A stretch of DNA of 64,000 nt. Source: Patescibacteria group bacterium (lineage in GTDB: Bacteria; Patescibacteriota; Microgenomatia; UBA1400; PJMF01). This document shows, piece by piece, positions 11,038 through 21,784 of this stretch. Made by a program: the position numbers and the translations under genes. The notes beneath the pieces were generated by a model. It had not been told where the DNA came from and made no database searches. It worked only from the letters and a program-made list of their open reading frames with translations. Where the stretch lies: positions 131,271 to 195,270 of the forward strand of contig BOKR01000001.1 in assembly GCA_016861085.1 (NCBI GenBank), given 5' to 3'. The first letter of the stretch is position 1. Each line of letters begins with the position of its first letter.

Positions 11038-12142
11038 TTAGCATCCCGTCACCAAAAGAATAGAATCGATAGTTATTTTTAATTGCGTGCTTATATGCTT
11101 TGCCAGCAGAAGTCTCTAAGAATGTTATAAAATTTTGGTCTGTGTTTGGAGCGGTTACAAATGCAGAAACGAGCATTAACAAGGTTGATTTTGGTAAGTG
11201 AAAATTAGTGATTAATCCATCAACTATTTTGTACTCATACCCTGGATACATAAATATTTCAGTTTCACCATTTTTTGCTTGTATAGTGCACTTATCACTT
11301 TTACACAAAGAAACCGATTCAAGCACGCGGGCCGAAGTTGTTCCTACACAAATTATTTTTCCTCCTTCTGCTTTTGTTTTATTAATTAGATCTGCAGTTT
11401 CTTGTGTGATCTCAAACCATTCAGAGTGCATGTGATGCTCTAGAATATTCTCGTTTTTGACTGGAAGAAAAGTGCCAAGACCAACGTGTAATGTAACTTC
11501 TGCAATTTGTATTCCTTTGGCTAACAGTTTCTGTTCAAGTTCCTTAGTGAAGTGTAATCCTGCAGTTGGGGCTGCTGCGCTGCCGTCATATTTAGCATAA
11601 ATGGTTTGATATTTTTTGCGAATAGCATCACTGTCATTTACAGTGTCTGCAATATATGGGGGCAGGGGAGTGATACCAATTTTTTCTAGGGTCTCTATAA
11701 ATTGGGGTCCCATTTGATTGAACTCTATAATGCGTGTATATAGTTTGCTTTTTGTTGAAAGGCATTGAGCTACTAAATGAGTTTTTTCTCCAGAGGGTAG
11801 AGCAGAGTCAAAGAAAATTTTTTGGTTCGGTTTTAGACCTGGTTTAGTAATACATTCCCAAGTTTCAGTAGCACCTGAATGGGCGATTTTTTTTGTTAAT
11901 AGAATCTCAACTTTGCCTCCAGTTTCTTTTGTCCCAAAAATCCGAGCTGGAATAACTTTTGTATTGTTGCGAACCAAAAGATCGCCGGGTTGTAAATACT
12001 CTGCCAGATTATAAAAATGATCATCAATTATTTTCCCAGAATATTTATTTAAAATTAACAACTTACTTGTATCACGAGGATCGGCAGGAACTTTGGCGAT
12101 TTTGTCGTTGGGTAATTGGTAGTTAAAATTTGATAATTTCAT
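11030..12142 (-). CDS. queA: S-adenosylmethionine:tRNA ribosyltransferase-isomerase
   Basis: [42 protein letters not shown]. Confidence 0.97.
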   Translation of the reverse strand: MKLSNFNYQLPNDKIAKVPADPRDTSKLLILNKYSGKIIDDHFYNLAEYLQPGDLLVRNNTKVIPARIFGTKETGGKVEILLTKKIAHSGATETWECITKPGLKPNQKIFFDSALPSGEKTHLVAQCLSTKSKLYTRIIEFNQMGPQFIETLEKIGITPLPPYIADTVNDSDAIRKKYQTIYAKYDGSAAAPTAGLHFTKELEQKLLAKGIQIAEVTLHVGLGTFLPVKNENILEHHMHSEWFEITQETADLINKTKAEGGKIICVGTTSARVLESVSLCKSDKCTIQAKNGETEIFMYPGYEYKIVDGLITNFHLPKSTLLMLVSAFVTAPNTDQNFITFLETSAGKAYKHAIKNNYRFYSFGDGMLII

Positions 12143-12177
12143 ACTGTAGAGTGATTACTTGAAGTCATATTATATAA

Positions 12178-13377
<1,200 letters not shown>

Positions 13378-13403
13378 TTTGCGTTTCATCTATACTGGTG
13401 TGA

Positions 13404-14333
13404 ATGAATGTAAAAAAACGTACTGCCCCCAAAAAAAGAGTTTCTACTGAGAAAAGAAATTCCCGATTTGTGATGTTTTTGAGACGAATATTTTTTACCA
13501 TTTTTGTAATTGCTTTGTTAGTGGGTGCACTATACTTTTTCGTTTTACCTTCGATTGTGAACCGCGACACTGATGACAAAAATATAGTGATCGTTTCTGA
13601 TAGATTAGATGTTCCTAGCAAATATATTTATTTCGCACATATTTCAAGTAGCGGCCAAAAAAGCACTGTGCTTCGCATTGATTCTGAACAAAGTGTAGAA
13701 GTTCCCGGTGGGTATGGTGAATACCCGCTACAATCGATGTATCAACTACTACTCATTGATAAAAAAGAGAAGCAGTTTATGACAGCTGCATACTCGCAGT
13801 TATTTGGAATTCCGGTAGATACAATCGTTGCAGTTGCAGACCCACTGGATGAAATCGAAGGGTCTGAATTCTCTGCATTTTTCTTTTCAAGCTTTATAAA
13901 ACAGTTGGGGCAAGTAAACTTAGATTCAGTTGGGACACTGCTTTATTTACATTACCGAACAAAAGAGGTTACTTCTCTCTCAGCAAAAAACTTAGCGGAT
14001 GTAGCTTCCTATCAGCATGAATTTTCTACTGTTTCTAGCGAAGTATCTCAATACTGTTCAGTTGCTGTAATTAATGCGACAGGGGAGAATGGTGTGGCAA
14101 GAAAAGTTGGGGATGTTATTGAAAATTCGGGGGCAGTTGTAGTCAGGGTTGACGACATCCCTCAAGTGCAAGAACAAACAAAAATATTTTATGGTGAGGA
14201 GCCTGTGAACTGCATTAAGCTGGTCGAGAACATATTAGGAATATTTCCACAAAGACCAGAGGTATTACCACTGGCTGAGCTAGAAGATGCACAACAGTAT
14301 CGGGCCAAGGTAGTTGTTATAGTTGGAAAATAA
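13404..14333 (+). CDS. Membrane-anchored LCP-like protein with LytR C-terminal domain
   Basis: N-terminal TM helix, VPGGYGEY, C-terminal VAVINATGENGVA...VVVIVGK. Confidence 0.7.
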   Translation: MNVKKRTAPKKRVSTEKRNSRFVMFLRRIFFTIFVIALLVGALYFFVLPSIVNRDTDDKNIVIVSDRLDVPSKYIYFAHISSSGQKSTVLRIDSEQSVEVPGGYGEYPLQSMYQLLLIDKKEKQFMTAAYSQLFGIPVDTIVAVADPLDEIEGSEFSAFFFSSFIKQLGQVNLDSVGTLLYLHYRTKEVTSLSAKNLADVASYQHEFSTVSSEVSQYCSVAVINATGENGVARKVGDVIENSGAVVVRVDDIPQVQEQTKIFYGEEPVNCIKLVENILGIFPQRPEVLPLAELEDAQQYRAKVVVIVGK

Positions 14334-14341
14334 CGCAAAAA

Positions 14342-15085
14342 TTATTCTAGATCATCGTCATCAGAATCAAGGCGATCTTCAAAAGTTCTCTCTGTGTCAG
14401 TATCTGTTTCAACAATCTCAACTGGAATGTTTTCTTCTAGAATTACAGCTTCATCAAGATCACTTAAAGGATTGAGTGACATCTTGCTTGGTGGGAACGA
14501 GTGGGTTCCGACGTTTTTTTCAGATTGAAATGTCTCTTTGAGAAAGACATCGCAGTTTTTAGGATTACAAGAACGGATCAAGCAGTCATAAGTGTTTCCT
14601 GCGTTAATTAGTTTTGTGAGTCGAAAAGAAAGATCCTCAGGAAGTGCACCAATATATTTCCCGTCAATTTCTACAGAAATAAATCGGTTCTTAATAATGA
14701 GTTGGCATTCTTTTCCAACGCTGACAGTGTCTAAAACATTTTTGCCAGCAAGTCTAAATAGAGGAACCGTTTTTGTTTTTCCAGGTTCTTCAATAAAATG
14801 GCTTTTGCTGAATGATGGAGCAATACAGGCTTGATTGTTTTCAAGTTTTTCAAGATGTTTGGCAGCTATTTTGTTGTTTTTATCGAGTTCTAAAACTGTA
14901 GTAAATGCTTGTTTTGCATCTTTTGTTTTTCCAAGCTGTACATATGCAATGCCAAGTCTGTTGAGGGCATTAGTATTTTCTGGAGTTAATTCCAGAATTT
15001 GAAGGTTGTGTTCGACAGCTTGATCCCAGTCACCATTTTTGGCGTCTTTGATAGCTAAATTTCGCAGGTCTGTTTGTAGACTCAT
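14342..15085 (-). CDS. TPR-repeat protein with acidic tail
   Basis: ALNRLGIAY...AF..VLELD..N.IA TPR pattern; FIEEPGKTK. Confidence 0.75.
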   Translation of the reverse strand: MSLQTDLRNLAIKDAKNGDWDQAVEHNLQILELTPENTNALNRLGIAYVQLGKTKDAKQAFTTVLELDKNNKIAAKHLEKLENNQACIAPSFSKSHFIEEPGKTKTVPLFRLAGKNVLDTVSVGKECQLIIKNRFISVEIDGKYIGALPEDLSFRLTKLINAGNTYDCLIRSCNPKNCDVFLKETFQSEKNVGTHSFPPSKMSLNPLSDLDEAVILEENIPVEIVETDTDTERTFEDRLDSDDDDLE

Positions 15086-15218
15086 GGTTTGATACTCCTC
15101 AGCTTTTTGTATCTATTTTTTGCTATTTATTGTCGAGAAAGAATACCTTTGAATGACAGCTATGTCAACATTCAATTTATGGTCTACTGTGCTAGAATAG
15201 CTGCAAAGGAAAACATGT

Positions 15219-15785
15219 ATGGCAGGTCATAGCAAATGGCACAATATACAGCAAAGAAAAGGCGTTGTTGATGCCAAAAGAGCCAAAGTTTTTGGCCAAA
15301 TATCAAAGTTAATTAGAATTGCCGTAAAACAAGGTGGTTCAGGAGATCCCAAATTTAATGCAGGACTAAGAGTAGTTCTTGATAAGGCTAGAGCCGCGAA
15401 TATGCCAATGGTCAACATTGATCGAGCTATTCAGCGTGGACTAGGAAAAACTGCAAGTGGTGGATCAATTCAAGAAATTGTCTATGAAGGATTTGGGCCT
15501 GGTGGAGTGGCTATATTAGCTGTTGGTCTGACTGATAATCCAAATAGGACAGCGGGTGAAGTCAAATTTGCGTTTAGCAGAAATGGGGGTTCGCTTGGAG
15601 GTCCAGGGAGCGCAATGTACATGTTTAAACGAGACCCTGAAGGTGGATATGTTTGCACAATGCCTCTAGAAGTTGATGAAGAGACCGCTGGGCAAGTATT
15701 GGATTTGGCAGATGCTCTTCGAGAACTTGATGACATTGAGGATGTATATTTGGCAGCAGATATTGAAGAAGAAACTGAAGAATAA
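15219..15785 (+). CDS. yebC: YebC/PmpR-family protein (short form)
   Basis: MAGHSKW, ANMP..NI.RAI, YEGFGPGG, TDNPNRT. Confidence 0.95.
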   Translation: MAGHSKWHNIQQRKGVVDAKRAKVFGQISKLIRIAVKQGGSGDPKFNAGLRVVLDKARAANMPMVNIDRAIQRGLGKTASGGSIQEIVYEGFGPGGVAILAVGLTDNPNRTAGEVKFAFSRNGGSLGGPGSAMYMFKRDPEGGYVCTMPLEVDEETAGQVLDLADALRELDDIEDVYLAADIEEETEE

Positions 15786-15808
15786 GAAGTATTTGGATAT
15801 TCAAAAAT

Positions 15809-16576
15809 ATGCGACGTAGAGAAAAATTTGTTGTTGCCTCAGTTGTTTCTACGCTTGGACTCATTGGAGTTCAATATACTTTTTTAGAAATCCGCTACAT
15901 TGCAATTGCTATATTTGTGGTGTTTACGTATCTGATTTCAACTTGGGCCTTAGCTGATGATTTACAGCCTCATGAGCGGTTCACAATCATTCCTTTCACT
16001 GCAATCTACGCAGCTGCAGTGTCACTATTCTATTTTTTGCTTCCTGAAAGTTTTATTTCTCAAGCAGCAATTGTACTGTTGTTTGGGGTGGGGATGTACG
16101 CCTTGTTTTTGACATCAAATATTTTTTCTGTTGCAAAAGGCAGAACCATTCAGCTCGTGCATGCTGCTAATGCGATATCGGGGTTATTTGGTGTTTTGAT
16201 TTCACTGCTGTTTTCCAATACGGTTTTTTCTTTGAAGTTGCCGTTTTACTTGAACATGCTATTAATTGGGTTGGTTCATCTGCCACTCATTTTTATGCTG
16301 TTATGGTCTGTAAACCTCGAAAATCGGGTTGAAAAAGATGTTGTGGGGTTCTCAATGGTACTAACCCTAGTTTTGATGGAACTTGCTTTGGTTTTGTCGT
16401 TCTTTCCGCTCGGAATTTGGTACTATGCGTTGTTTATTATGTCATTCTTTTATATTGGTATTGGATTGATGCAAAGCTTTATTCGCGGTCGTTTGTTTGT
16501 GAGAATCTTAGTTGAGTACTCATTAGTAGCCGGTTTTGTGGGCATTGTCTTTCTATCTGTTGTGCCGTTTAAATAA
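15809..16576 (+). CDS. Multi-pass membrane protein
   Basis: About 9-10 hydrophobic segments, NIFSVA..RTIQL. Confidence 0.7.
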   Translation: MRRREKFVVASVVSTLGLIGVQYTFLEIRYIAIAIFVVFTYLISTWALADDLQPHERFTIIPFTAIYAAAVSLFYFLLPESFISQAAIVLLFGVGMYALFLTSNIFSVAKGRTIQLVHAANAISGLFGVLISLLFSNTVFSLKLPFYLNMLLIGLVHLPLIFMLLWSVNLENRVEKDVVGFSMVLTLVLMELALVLSFFPLGIWYYALFIMSFFYIGIGLMQSFIRGRLFVRILVEYSLVAGFVGIVFLSVVPFK

Positions 16577-16607
16577 GATTTTCAATCTGGTGATATAATT
16601 TGTTTTC

Positions 16608-17345
16608 ATGAAAAAACTGATAGATTCTACAGGTTTAGTTGGCAATACATATGATTTGCTGGGGCTGGAGAAGAAGAGTCCTCTACTCAGGAGAGTAAAA
16701 ATACTAATTGAAGCAATACAAAGTGTTGATGTTGGTGGATGTGAAGGTAGTAAGTTTTTGATGATCGTTTTGCTTCAAGAATTAGGGAGAATCACATACT
16801 TTGCGAAAGAATATAAGTACAATGCTCGAGCAACTAACAAATTTGATTTTAGTTCATATGAAAACACGCTAAGTAAAGTAGCTGCAGTTGTTGAAGCCTA
16901 TACTTTGCTAAGAAAAAAGGGCTATCTAGTGCCTGAATTTGCGGCTTACTTCATAAATACCCAGACTGAAACGATGTATATGATTTCTTCTGACATGACA
17001 GAAGGTGGAAAATATATTGTTTGGGGCTTGAGTGATTCGATGACAGATGTTCAAAATCAAGATTTTGTTCAAATGAAGATAACACCAGATGACTATTCCA
17101 AGATTAAAAGACTGGTCTCGGACGTGGTGAAACAGGCAAATAGGGATAGAGTATATTTAGATTGCTACCATTTCCATTTACGGCAAGAGAAGAAAACTAG
17201 GAAGTTTGAGATCTGCTTACTAGATGTAAGCATGGCTGTCATAAAGCATACACATAGGCAGGCAGACGATATAGCGCTGCATAACATGGAAGAAAGTCGA
17301 GTTTTTTTGGAGGCAGTTTTGCAGGGTAAGAATAACGTCCTATAA
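16608..17345 (+). CDS. Hypothetical protein, possibly degenerate kinase-like fold
   Basis: YFAKEY, Y.LL.KKG..VP, ICLLD resemble kinase subdomains; weak. Confidence 0.4.
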   Translation: MKKLIDSTGLVGNTYDLLGLEKKSPLLRRVKILIEAIQSVDVGGCEGSKFLMIVLLQELGRITYFAKEYKYNARATNKFDFSSYENTLSKVAAVVEAYTLLRKKGYLVPEFAAYFINTQTETMYMISSDMTEGGKYIVWGLSDSMTDVQNQDFVQMKITPDDYSKIKRLVSDVVKQANRDRVYLDCYHFHLRQEKKTRKFEICLLDVSMAVIKHTHRQADDIALHNMEESRVFLEAVLQGKNNVL

Positions 17346-17967
17346 TATAAGGGGAGAAGAACAGAGCAATAAGCCTGGAAACTAAGAATAAAACAGTGTT
17401 CTATGAGGTACTTGAAGATTTCGAAAAAATACATTTAAAAAGGTTGCATTTAAAGTTTGGTTTCCAGATTGGGTGTAAGAATTTTAATGAAAAAAACTAG
17501 GGAAGAGGTGCTAGAAAAAATCAGACAAACCAGGCAGAGAAGAGGAAAGTGATATAGTTTGATATAGCAAATGATTGATATAGTTTGAAATAGAGAAGAG
17601 GCCTATAATAAATGTGGATAACTTATACAGTATGCCTGGTGGTTTAGTTATTAAAAGCTTCGATGCAAAAATAATCTAAACTAAACATTTCAGGATGTGA
17701 ATGCCTGGTGCTTTGGTATCGGGGTCCTCGTGAAAAGAGTGTGAAAATGAATAAAACCCGAATAGGTTTTGGTGCATATTTGAGTACAAAAAGTACTTTC
17801 AGCGAGAGACCTGAGAGGGGTTGTTTTGCAAAGAGACACAGTTGTGTGGAAGGAGTGGCACAAAGCCTACCCCAGAGCAGAGATGTACCGATATTTCAAA
17901 AAGTTCTGTAGCCCCAATCGGTTTGTTCCCTATTCGTTGGTGGGGTATGGATTTCCAGATTTGTGTT

Positions 17968-17995
17968 ATGTCGCACAATATTACTTTTACGACAT
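17968..17995. other. dif-like Xer recombination site (11-6-11)
   Basis: ATGTCGCACAA-TATTAC-TTTTACGACAT imperfect inverted arms, in a 1-kb intergenic gap 1.2 kb from xer. Confidence 0.7.
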
Positions 17996-18343
17996 AAGCT
18001 ATAAAATCTCGGTTGTGGTTGTTTTTAAGTATTCCCCGATATGTACTGCCAATATCTAGCTTTTTTTTTATTTTTTGTTTTTATATCGTCTTTTTCTTTT
18101 TATTCTTCCCTGTCTTCTTGGTTGTCTAGTCTTTTTAATTGCTATTATTTCTTTTGACTGCATTTGAGGCTTTTTGAAGTACTTAAAACCGTTTTTTTGA
18201 CGACCGATAAGCCGTTTATAAACTAAAAAGCCGATTTTGGGCTTTTAAATTGCCTTTTATCTGGTGGATAGCGATTTTTCTTGACTACTGTGATACAATC
18301 TCACAAATTTTGAAAAATATTCAAAATACAAAGGAAAACAGTT

Positions 18344-18820
18344 ATGAAACGACTTATTGTTGAAGGTGAACGTGAGCGACAAGCGTCAGATCGTAAAGAT
18401 GCTTTAAAGCAGCAATTTCAAAACATTGAACATCGAATTAAAAAAAGCTGGGAGCTTTATAAAAGATACTTAAGAAAAAATCAGCCGGAGTCTGCTCAAA
18501 AACAGAAAATTGTTGTGTATGATGCACTCTATGATTTTTTTTCTAAAATGTATGACGACGGTTTGTTAATATATTTGAATGGACAGTCAGCAAGTGCTGA
18601 AGATTTCAGATTATATAAACGAGATATTGATCAGTCGCTTGTAGATAATTTTACTCAGGATCTGTTTGTCTGGTTTGCTCTTACGCTTGGTTTGGTTGAG
18701 GTCAAGGAGATTAACGAAATGGTCAACTACATTACAGCAAAATTTGCCCAGACAGTCCCTAATGATCGTGAAGTTCAAGCATTCCTATCTCTTACAGCAT
18801 CAGGATATCTTCTGAACTAA
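18344..18820 (+). CDS. Hypothetical helical protein
   Basis: AAGGAAA upstream, 158-aa ORF. Confidence 0.65.
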   Translation: MKRLIVEGERERQASDRKDALKQQFQNIEHRIKKSWELYKRYLRKNQPESAQKQKIVVYDALYDFFSKMYDDGLLIYLNGQSASAEDFRLYKRDIDQSLVDNFTQDLFVWFALTLGLVEVKEINEMVNYITAKFAQTVPNDREVQAFLSLTASGYLLN

Positions 18821-19017
18821 CTGAACTCAGATTCGTTTTGCGTCGCACAATATTCTGTTTTTTTGTGTATACTCTTTTTAGTTCATGAATGTCAGTTCGT
18901 TAACATGCTGTGAGTGAATGCTATACTCCCCTTTCTTACTCTCTTGGGGGACACTAGGGAAACATAACTGTATTAAATACTTAATAAGTCCTCTTTTTTG
19001 GAATTTTTATTCATATT

Positions 19018-19116
19018 TATATCAAACTATATCAAAAATGAGTATGTGAAAAAGATTGATATGGCAACATTTATATTTTTAAATCAAAATTAGCAGAGAC
19101 ATAGTAAGACTGCTAA
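19018..19116 (-). repeat. Composite CIRCE-like element, copy A
   Basis: TTAGCAGTC-N9-CTCTGCTAA, 22 nt, TTGccatatCAA, TGATATAGTTTGATATA (read on minus strand). Confidence 0.8.
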
Positions 19117-19182
19117 AAACTCATAGTATTTTGTCAAATAAGTAAACTATAGCAAGGCGTACAATAAGGGTAACAACACAAT

Positions 19183-20118
19183 ATGGCACTTTCAACTAAC
19201 CCACAAAAAGCATTACTAACTTTTATTGAACATCTTGAAGTGGAGCGTAACGTTAGTCGTCTTACAATTCGCAATTATTCCCATTACATTCGGCGATTTA
19301 ACGAATGGTTCTTAAATGAAGGCTACAAAGATTTGAAGGAATTGGATCAAGATATCGTACGCAGTTACCGCGTGTATTTGTCACGATATGTTGATGAAGT
19401 TGGCCGTACTCTATCTAAGCGAACACAGAGTTACTACATTATTGCACTGCGGTCTTTGCTGAAGTTTATGGTCAAAAATGATGCTCCGGTGCTACATCCT
19501 GAAAAGATTGATTTGCCAAAAGCTGAGTCCCAACATATGGAATTCTTGAATATTGAACGGATTGAACGACTGCTGAATCAGCCCTCATTGTCAGCAAAAG
19601 GCGGATTACGAGATAAAGCTATTCTAGAAGTTTTGTTTTCAACGGGTTTGCGTGTGAGTGAGTTGGTGGGGTTAAACCGCGACCAAATCGACTTGCAAAA
19701 ACGAGAGTTTGGGGTGATCGGAAAAGGTCGACGGCCTCGGGTTGTATTTTTAAGTGAACGGGCTGCGTATTGGTTGGATAAGTATATGGCTTCAAGAACT
19801 GATAATTGGGACCCTGTGTTCATTCGCTATTCTGGGCAAAAACCTGAGTTGTTAGCTGACGGTGAAGAAATGCGGTTGACTACCAGAAGCGTGCAGCGGT
19901 TGGTTGATACCTATTGTAGGAAGGCTAAGTTACCTATAAAAATTAGTCCGCACGGGATCAGGCATAGTTTTGCAACTGATTTATTGTCGAATGGCGCTTC
20001 TTTAAGGGATGTCCAAGAGATGCTCGGGCATAAAAATATTGCTACTACGCAGATTTATACTCATGTAACCAGGCCTGAGTTGAGGAAGTCGCACGAGAAG
20101 CATCATTCTGAGTTGTGA
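19183..20118 (+). CDS. XerC/XerD-family tyrosine recombinase
   Basis: RDKAILEVLFSTGLRVSEL, GKG, SPHGIRHSFAT, LGH...TTQIYTHV; SAM-like N-terminal domain. Confidence 0.93.
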   Translation: MALSTNPQKALLTFIEHLEVERNVSRLTIRNYSHYIRRFNEWFLNEGYKDLKELDQDIVRSYRVYLSRYVDEVGRTLSKRTQSYYIIALRSLLKFMVKNDAPVLHPEKIDLPKAESQHMEFLNIERIERLLNQPSLSAKGGLRDKAILEVLFSTGLRVSELVGLNRDQIDLQKREFGVIGKGRRPRVVFLSERAAYWLDKYMASRTDNWDPVFIRYSGQKPELLADGEEMRLTTRSVQRLVDTYCRKAKLPIKISPHGIRHSFATDLLSNGASLRDVQEMLGHKNIATTQIYTHVTRPELRKSHEKHHSEL

Positions 20119-20329
20119 CTTGGGAGAATATATTCCTGATATTTTGTTTCTTGGTTGAAATTTACTATATCAAATTATAAATAATGATATAAAACTATAG
20201 GATTTTAACCATGCAAATCTGTGAATTCCCTACTCTTTTACTGATGTAATAATATATGTTATGAAATATTTTGATAGTAATTATGGGTTGTTAAGGTGAA
20301 CGAGGTTGCGAGAATAATTATTTTTGGGC

Positions 20330-20363
20330 AAAAAAATGCCCCCTGACTAAATTGTCAGGGGGC
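20330..20363 (-). terminator. Intrinsic terminator of small-peptide transcript
   Basis: gccccctgac-aattta-gtcagggggc stem plus U-tract on minus strand. Confidence 0.8.
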
Positions 20364-20402
20364 TGTTCCTTGCACGAGTTGTGCAGGGAACTTTCTTAAG
20401 GT

Positions 20403-20555
20403 TTATCCGCCAATTCCGAGCATGCCTGGAAGGCCGCCAGGGTTGGCAGTGAAAAATTGGGAGACCGCGGTAAAGACTACACATCCGGCGACTAACACAA
20501 CTATAATTACGAGGCCTACACCAATGATGTAGGTAAAAGAAAGTCTGTTTTTCAT
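20403..20555 (-). CDS. Small membrane peptide, 50 aa (MKNRLSFTYIIGVGLVIIVVLVAGCVVFTAVSQFFTANPGGLPGMLGIGG)
   Basis: Translated by hand; GGTGA RBS; single TM helix; terminator follows; below ORF-track cutoff. Confidence 0.75.
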   Translation of the reverse strand: MKNRLSFTYIIGVGLVIIVVLVAGCVVFTAVSQFFTANPGGLPGMLGIGG

Positions 20556-20805
20556 CTGAGATCACCATTTTGTTTTTTTCTCCTAGTGAGACTCGTATGA
20601 GTCGTTAACCCAGGAGTATCTCTGCTCGATGTTTGGATCGCAAGGATCCAGCACCAGGTAGAGATTCCTAAAGAATCATGTATTCTGATTTCTTAAGAAT
20701 TTCTACCTGTTTCATATTTTGGGGAAGGATTTTGCCCCTGCACTTCAAAGTGCAGGGGCAGGTTTCTAAAAGGATGATTCACCGAACATAAAAGTCCGGT
20801 TTTTT

Positions 20806-20898
20806 TTAGCCGCCGACGCTGTTAGCAGCGGCGGCCAAAAGCAAAAGAACGATGACCAACGTGATAAGAAACGCGTTGGCCCAGCCTTTCCATGACAT
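20806..20898 (-). CDS. Small membrane peptide, 30 aa (MSWKGWANAFLITLVIVLLLLAAAANSVGG)
   Basis: Translated by hand; AAGGTGA RBS; single TM helix. Confidence 0.7.
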   Translation of the reverse strand: MSWKGWANAFLITLVIVLLLLAAAANSVGG

Positions 20899-21104
20899 TT
20901 TTTCACCTTATATTTTAGAAATTTCTCCAGAATTACGCTTTCGCCACTGGAGTTGATGTATCTTTGTTTGATATTCGAATCGCTATGGATTCGACATCCC
21001 ACAAAGATGCTTAAAAAATCATTCTTTTGATATCTTAAGGATCTCTGCGTACGTTTTTTTGTTAATGTGCTACAACTTCATTTGATTGAAATTGATATGC
21101 ATCC

Positions 21105-21133
21105 ATTCTAGCATATTATAGGCTTAATGTCAA
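21105..21133 (-). promoter_or_regulatory. Sigma70-type promoter for small-peptide transcript
   Basis: TTGACA-N17-TAGAAT. Confidence 0.8.
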
Positions 21134-21198
21134 GTATGAGGCCTAGAATTAGACTTGTTTCTTCTCAAGTTATTCTGTAAAATACTTTTCTATAAAGA

Positions 21199-21272
21199 GG
21201 GCCTGTAGCGCAGCTGGTTAGCGCGTTTGTATGGCATACAAAAGGTCAGGGGTTCGAATCCCCTCAGGTCCA
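21199..21272 (+). tRNA. tRNA-Ala(GGC), CCA not encoded
   Basis: Cloverleaf; GGGCCTG/CAGGTCC acceptor with G3:U70; anticodon loop AT-GGC-AT; GGTTCGAATCC. Confidence 0.96.
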
Positions 21273-21373
21273 CTATTTCTTTTTTCAAGATGATTCTTTC
21301 TACACTTGTTGTTTTGTTATACAATTACTACATCGCGAACTAGGATCTACTACACCAGTAGTAAGCAAAATGA

Positions 21374-21401
21374 AAACAAGCCCTCAATTGAGGGCTTGTT
21401 T
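21374..21401 (+). terminator. Hairpin/terminator after tRNA
   Basis: aaacaagccctc-aatt-gagggcttgttt perfect palindrome. Confidence 0.7.
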
Positions 21402-21448
21402 AGTAATATACTCTATTTTCTAGTTTGAAAAAATGCTTTTGAGAAAGC

Positions 21449-21478
21449 AAAAGGCCGGGGTTTTGACGCCCGGCCTTT
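21449..21478 (-). terminator. Terminator after 92-aa membrane protein
   Basis: aaaggccggg...cccggccttt. Confidence 0.7.
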
Positions 21479-21505
21479 GTTTTGCGCTTATTCAGCGCCC
21501 CCCCT

Positions 21506-21784
21506 CTATTTCGCCAGGTAGTTGTTGATAACGTACCAGGCACAGGATTTGTAATCGGAACATACGGCCGCGTCTAAGGCAGCCTTGGCTTCCGTAGCCA
21601 CAAGGTTGACGACAAACAAGATGCCGATAATGAGTACGGCAAGGACGACCAGGCCGATGATTACCTGAGTGTAATTAATCGGCTGTACTTCACCTTTGAG
21701 CGCATCTAACCGCGCTCCTGCTTCTTGAGCAAATTGCCAGTCCTGATGAGCTTGTGATTGTTTAATTCGTTCTTGTAATGACAT
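21506..21784 (-). CDS. Small single-TM protein (92 aa from MSLQ)
   Basis: GGGTGA RBS, TM helix, C-terminal Cys pair; promoter TTGACA-N17-GATAAT at 22014-21986. Confidence 0.75.
   Translation of the reverse strand: MSLQERIKQSQAHQDWQFAQEAGARLDALKGEVQPINYTQVIIGLVVLAVLIIGILFVVNLVATEAKAALDAAVCSDYKSCAWYVINNYLAK

Noticed and set aside
17613-17621. Perfect DnaA box (TGTGGATAA) as oriC evidence
   Set aside because: Only one perfect box, no dnaA/dnaN nearby, and the region fits a dif/terminus better.
17165-18059. Short ORFs in the dif intergenic region
   Set aside because: No RBS, low-complexity biased sequence, and one overlaps the dif-like site.
18289-18305. TGTGA-N7-TCACA as a CRP/Rex site
   Set aside because: Spacer is 7 rather than 6, and it overlaps a probable -10 (TACAAT); single instance.
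20242-20269. Second dif-like ATAA-N6-TTAT core
   Set aside because: The arms pair poorly and do not resemble the 17968 site; expected by chance in AT-rich DNA.
20347-21002. ORF-track calls 20347-20568 and 20766-21002
   Set aside because: The overlapping alternative frames (20403-20555, 20806-20898) have well-spaced GGTGA RBS motifs and TM-helix composition; the listed translations look like noise.
19183-21272. Recombinase near tRNA as a prophage or island integrase
   Set aside because: The protein is Xer-like without an arm-binding domain; no duplicated tRNA 3' end and no phage genes were seen.
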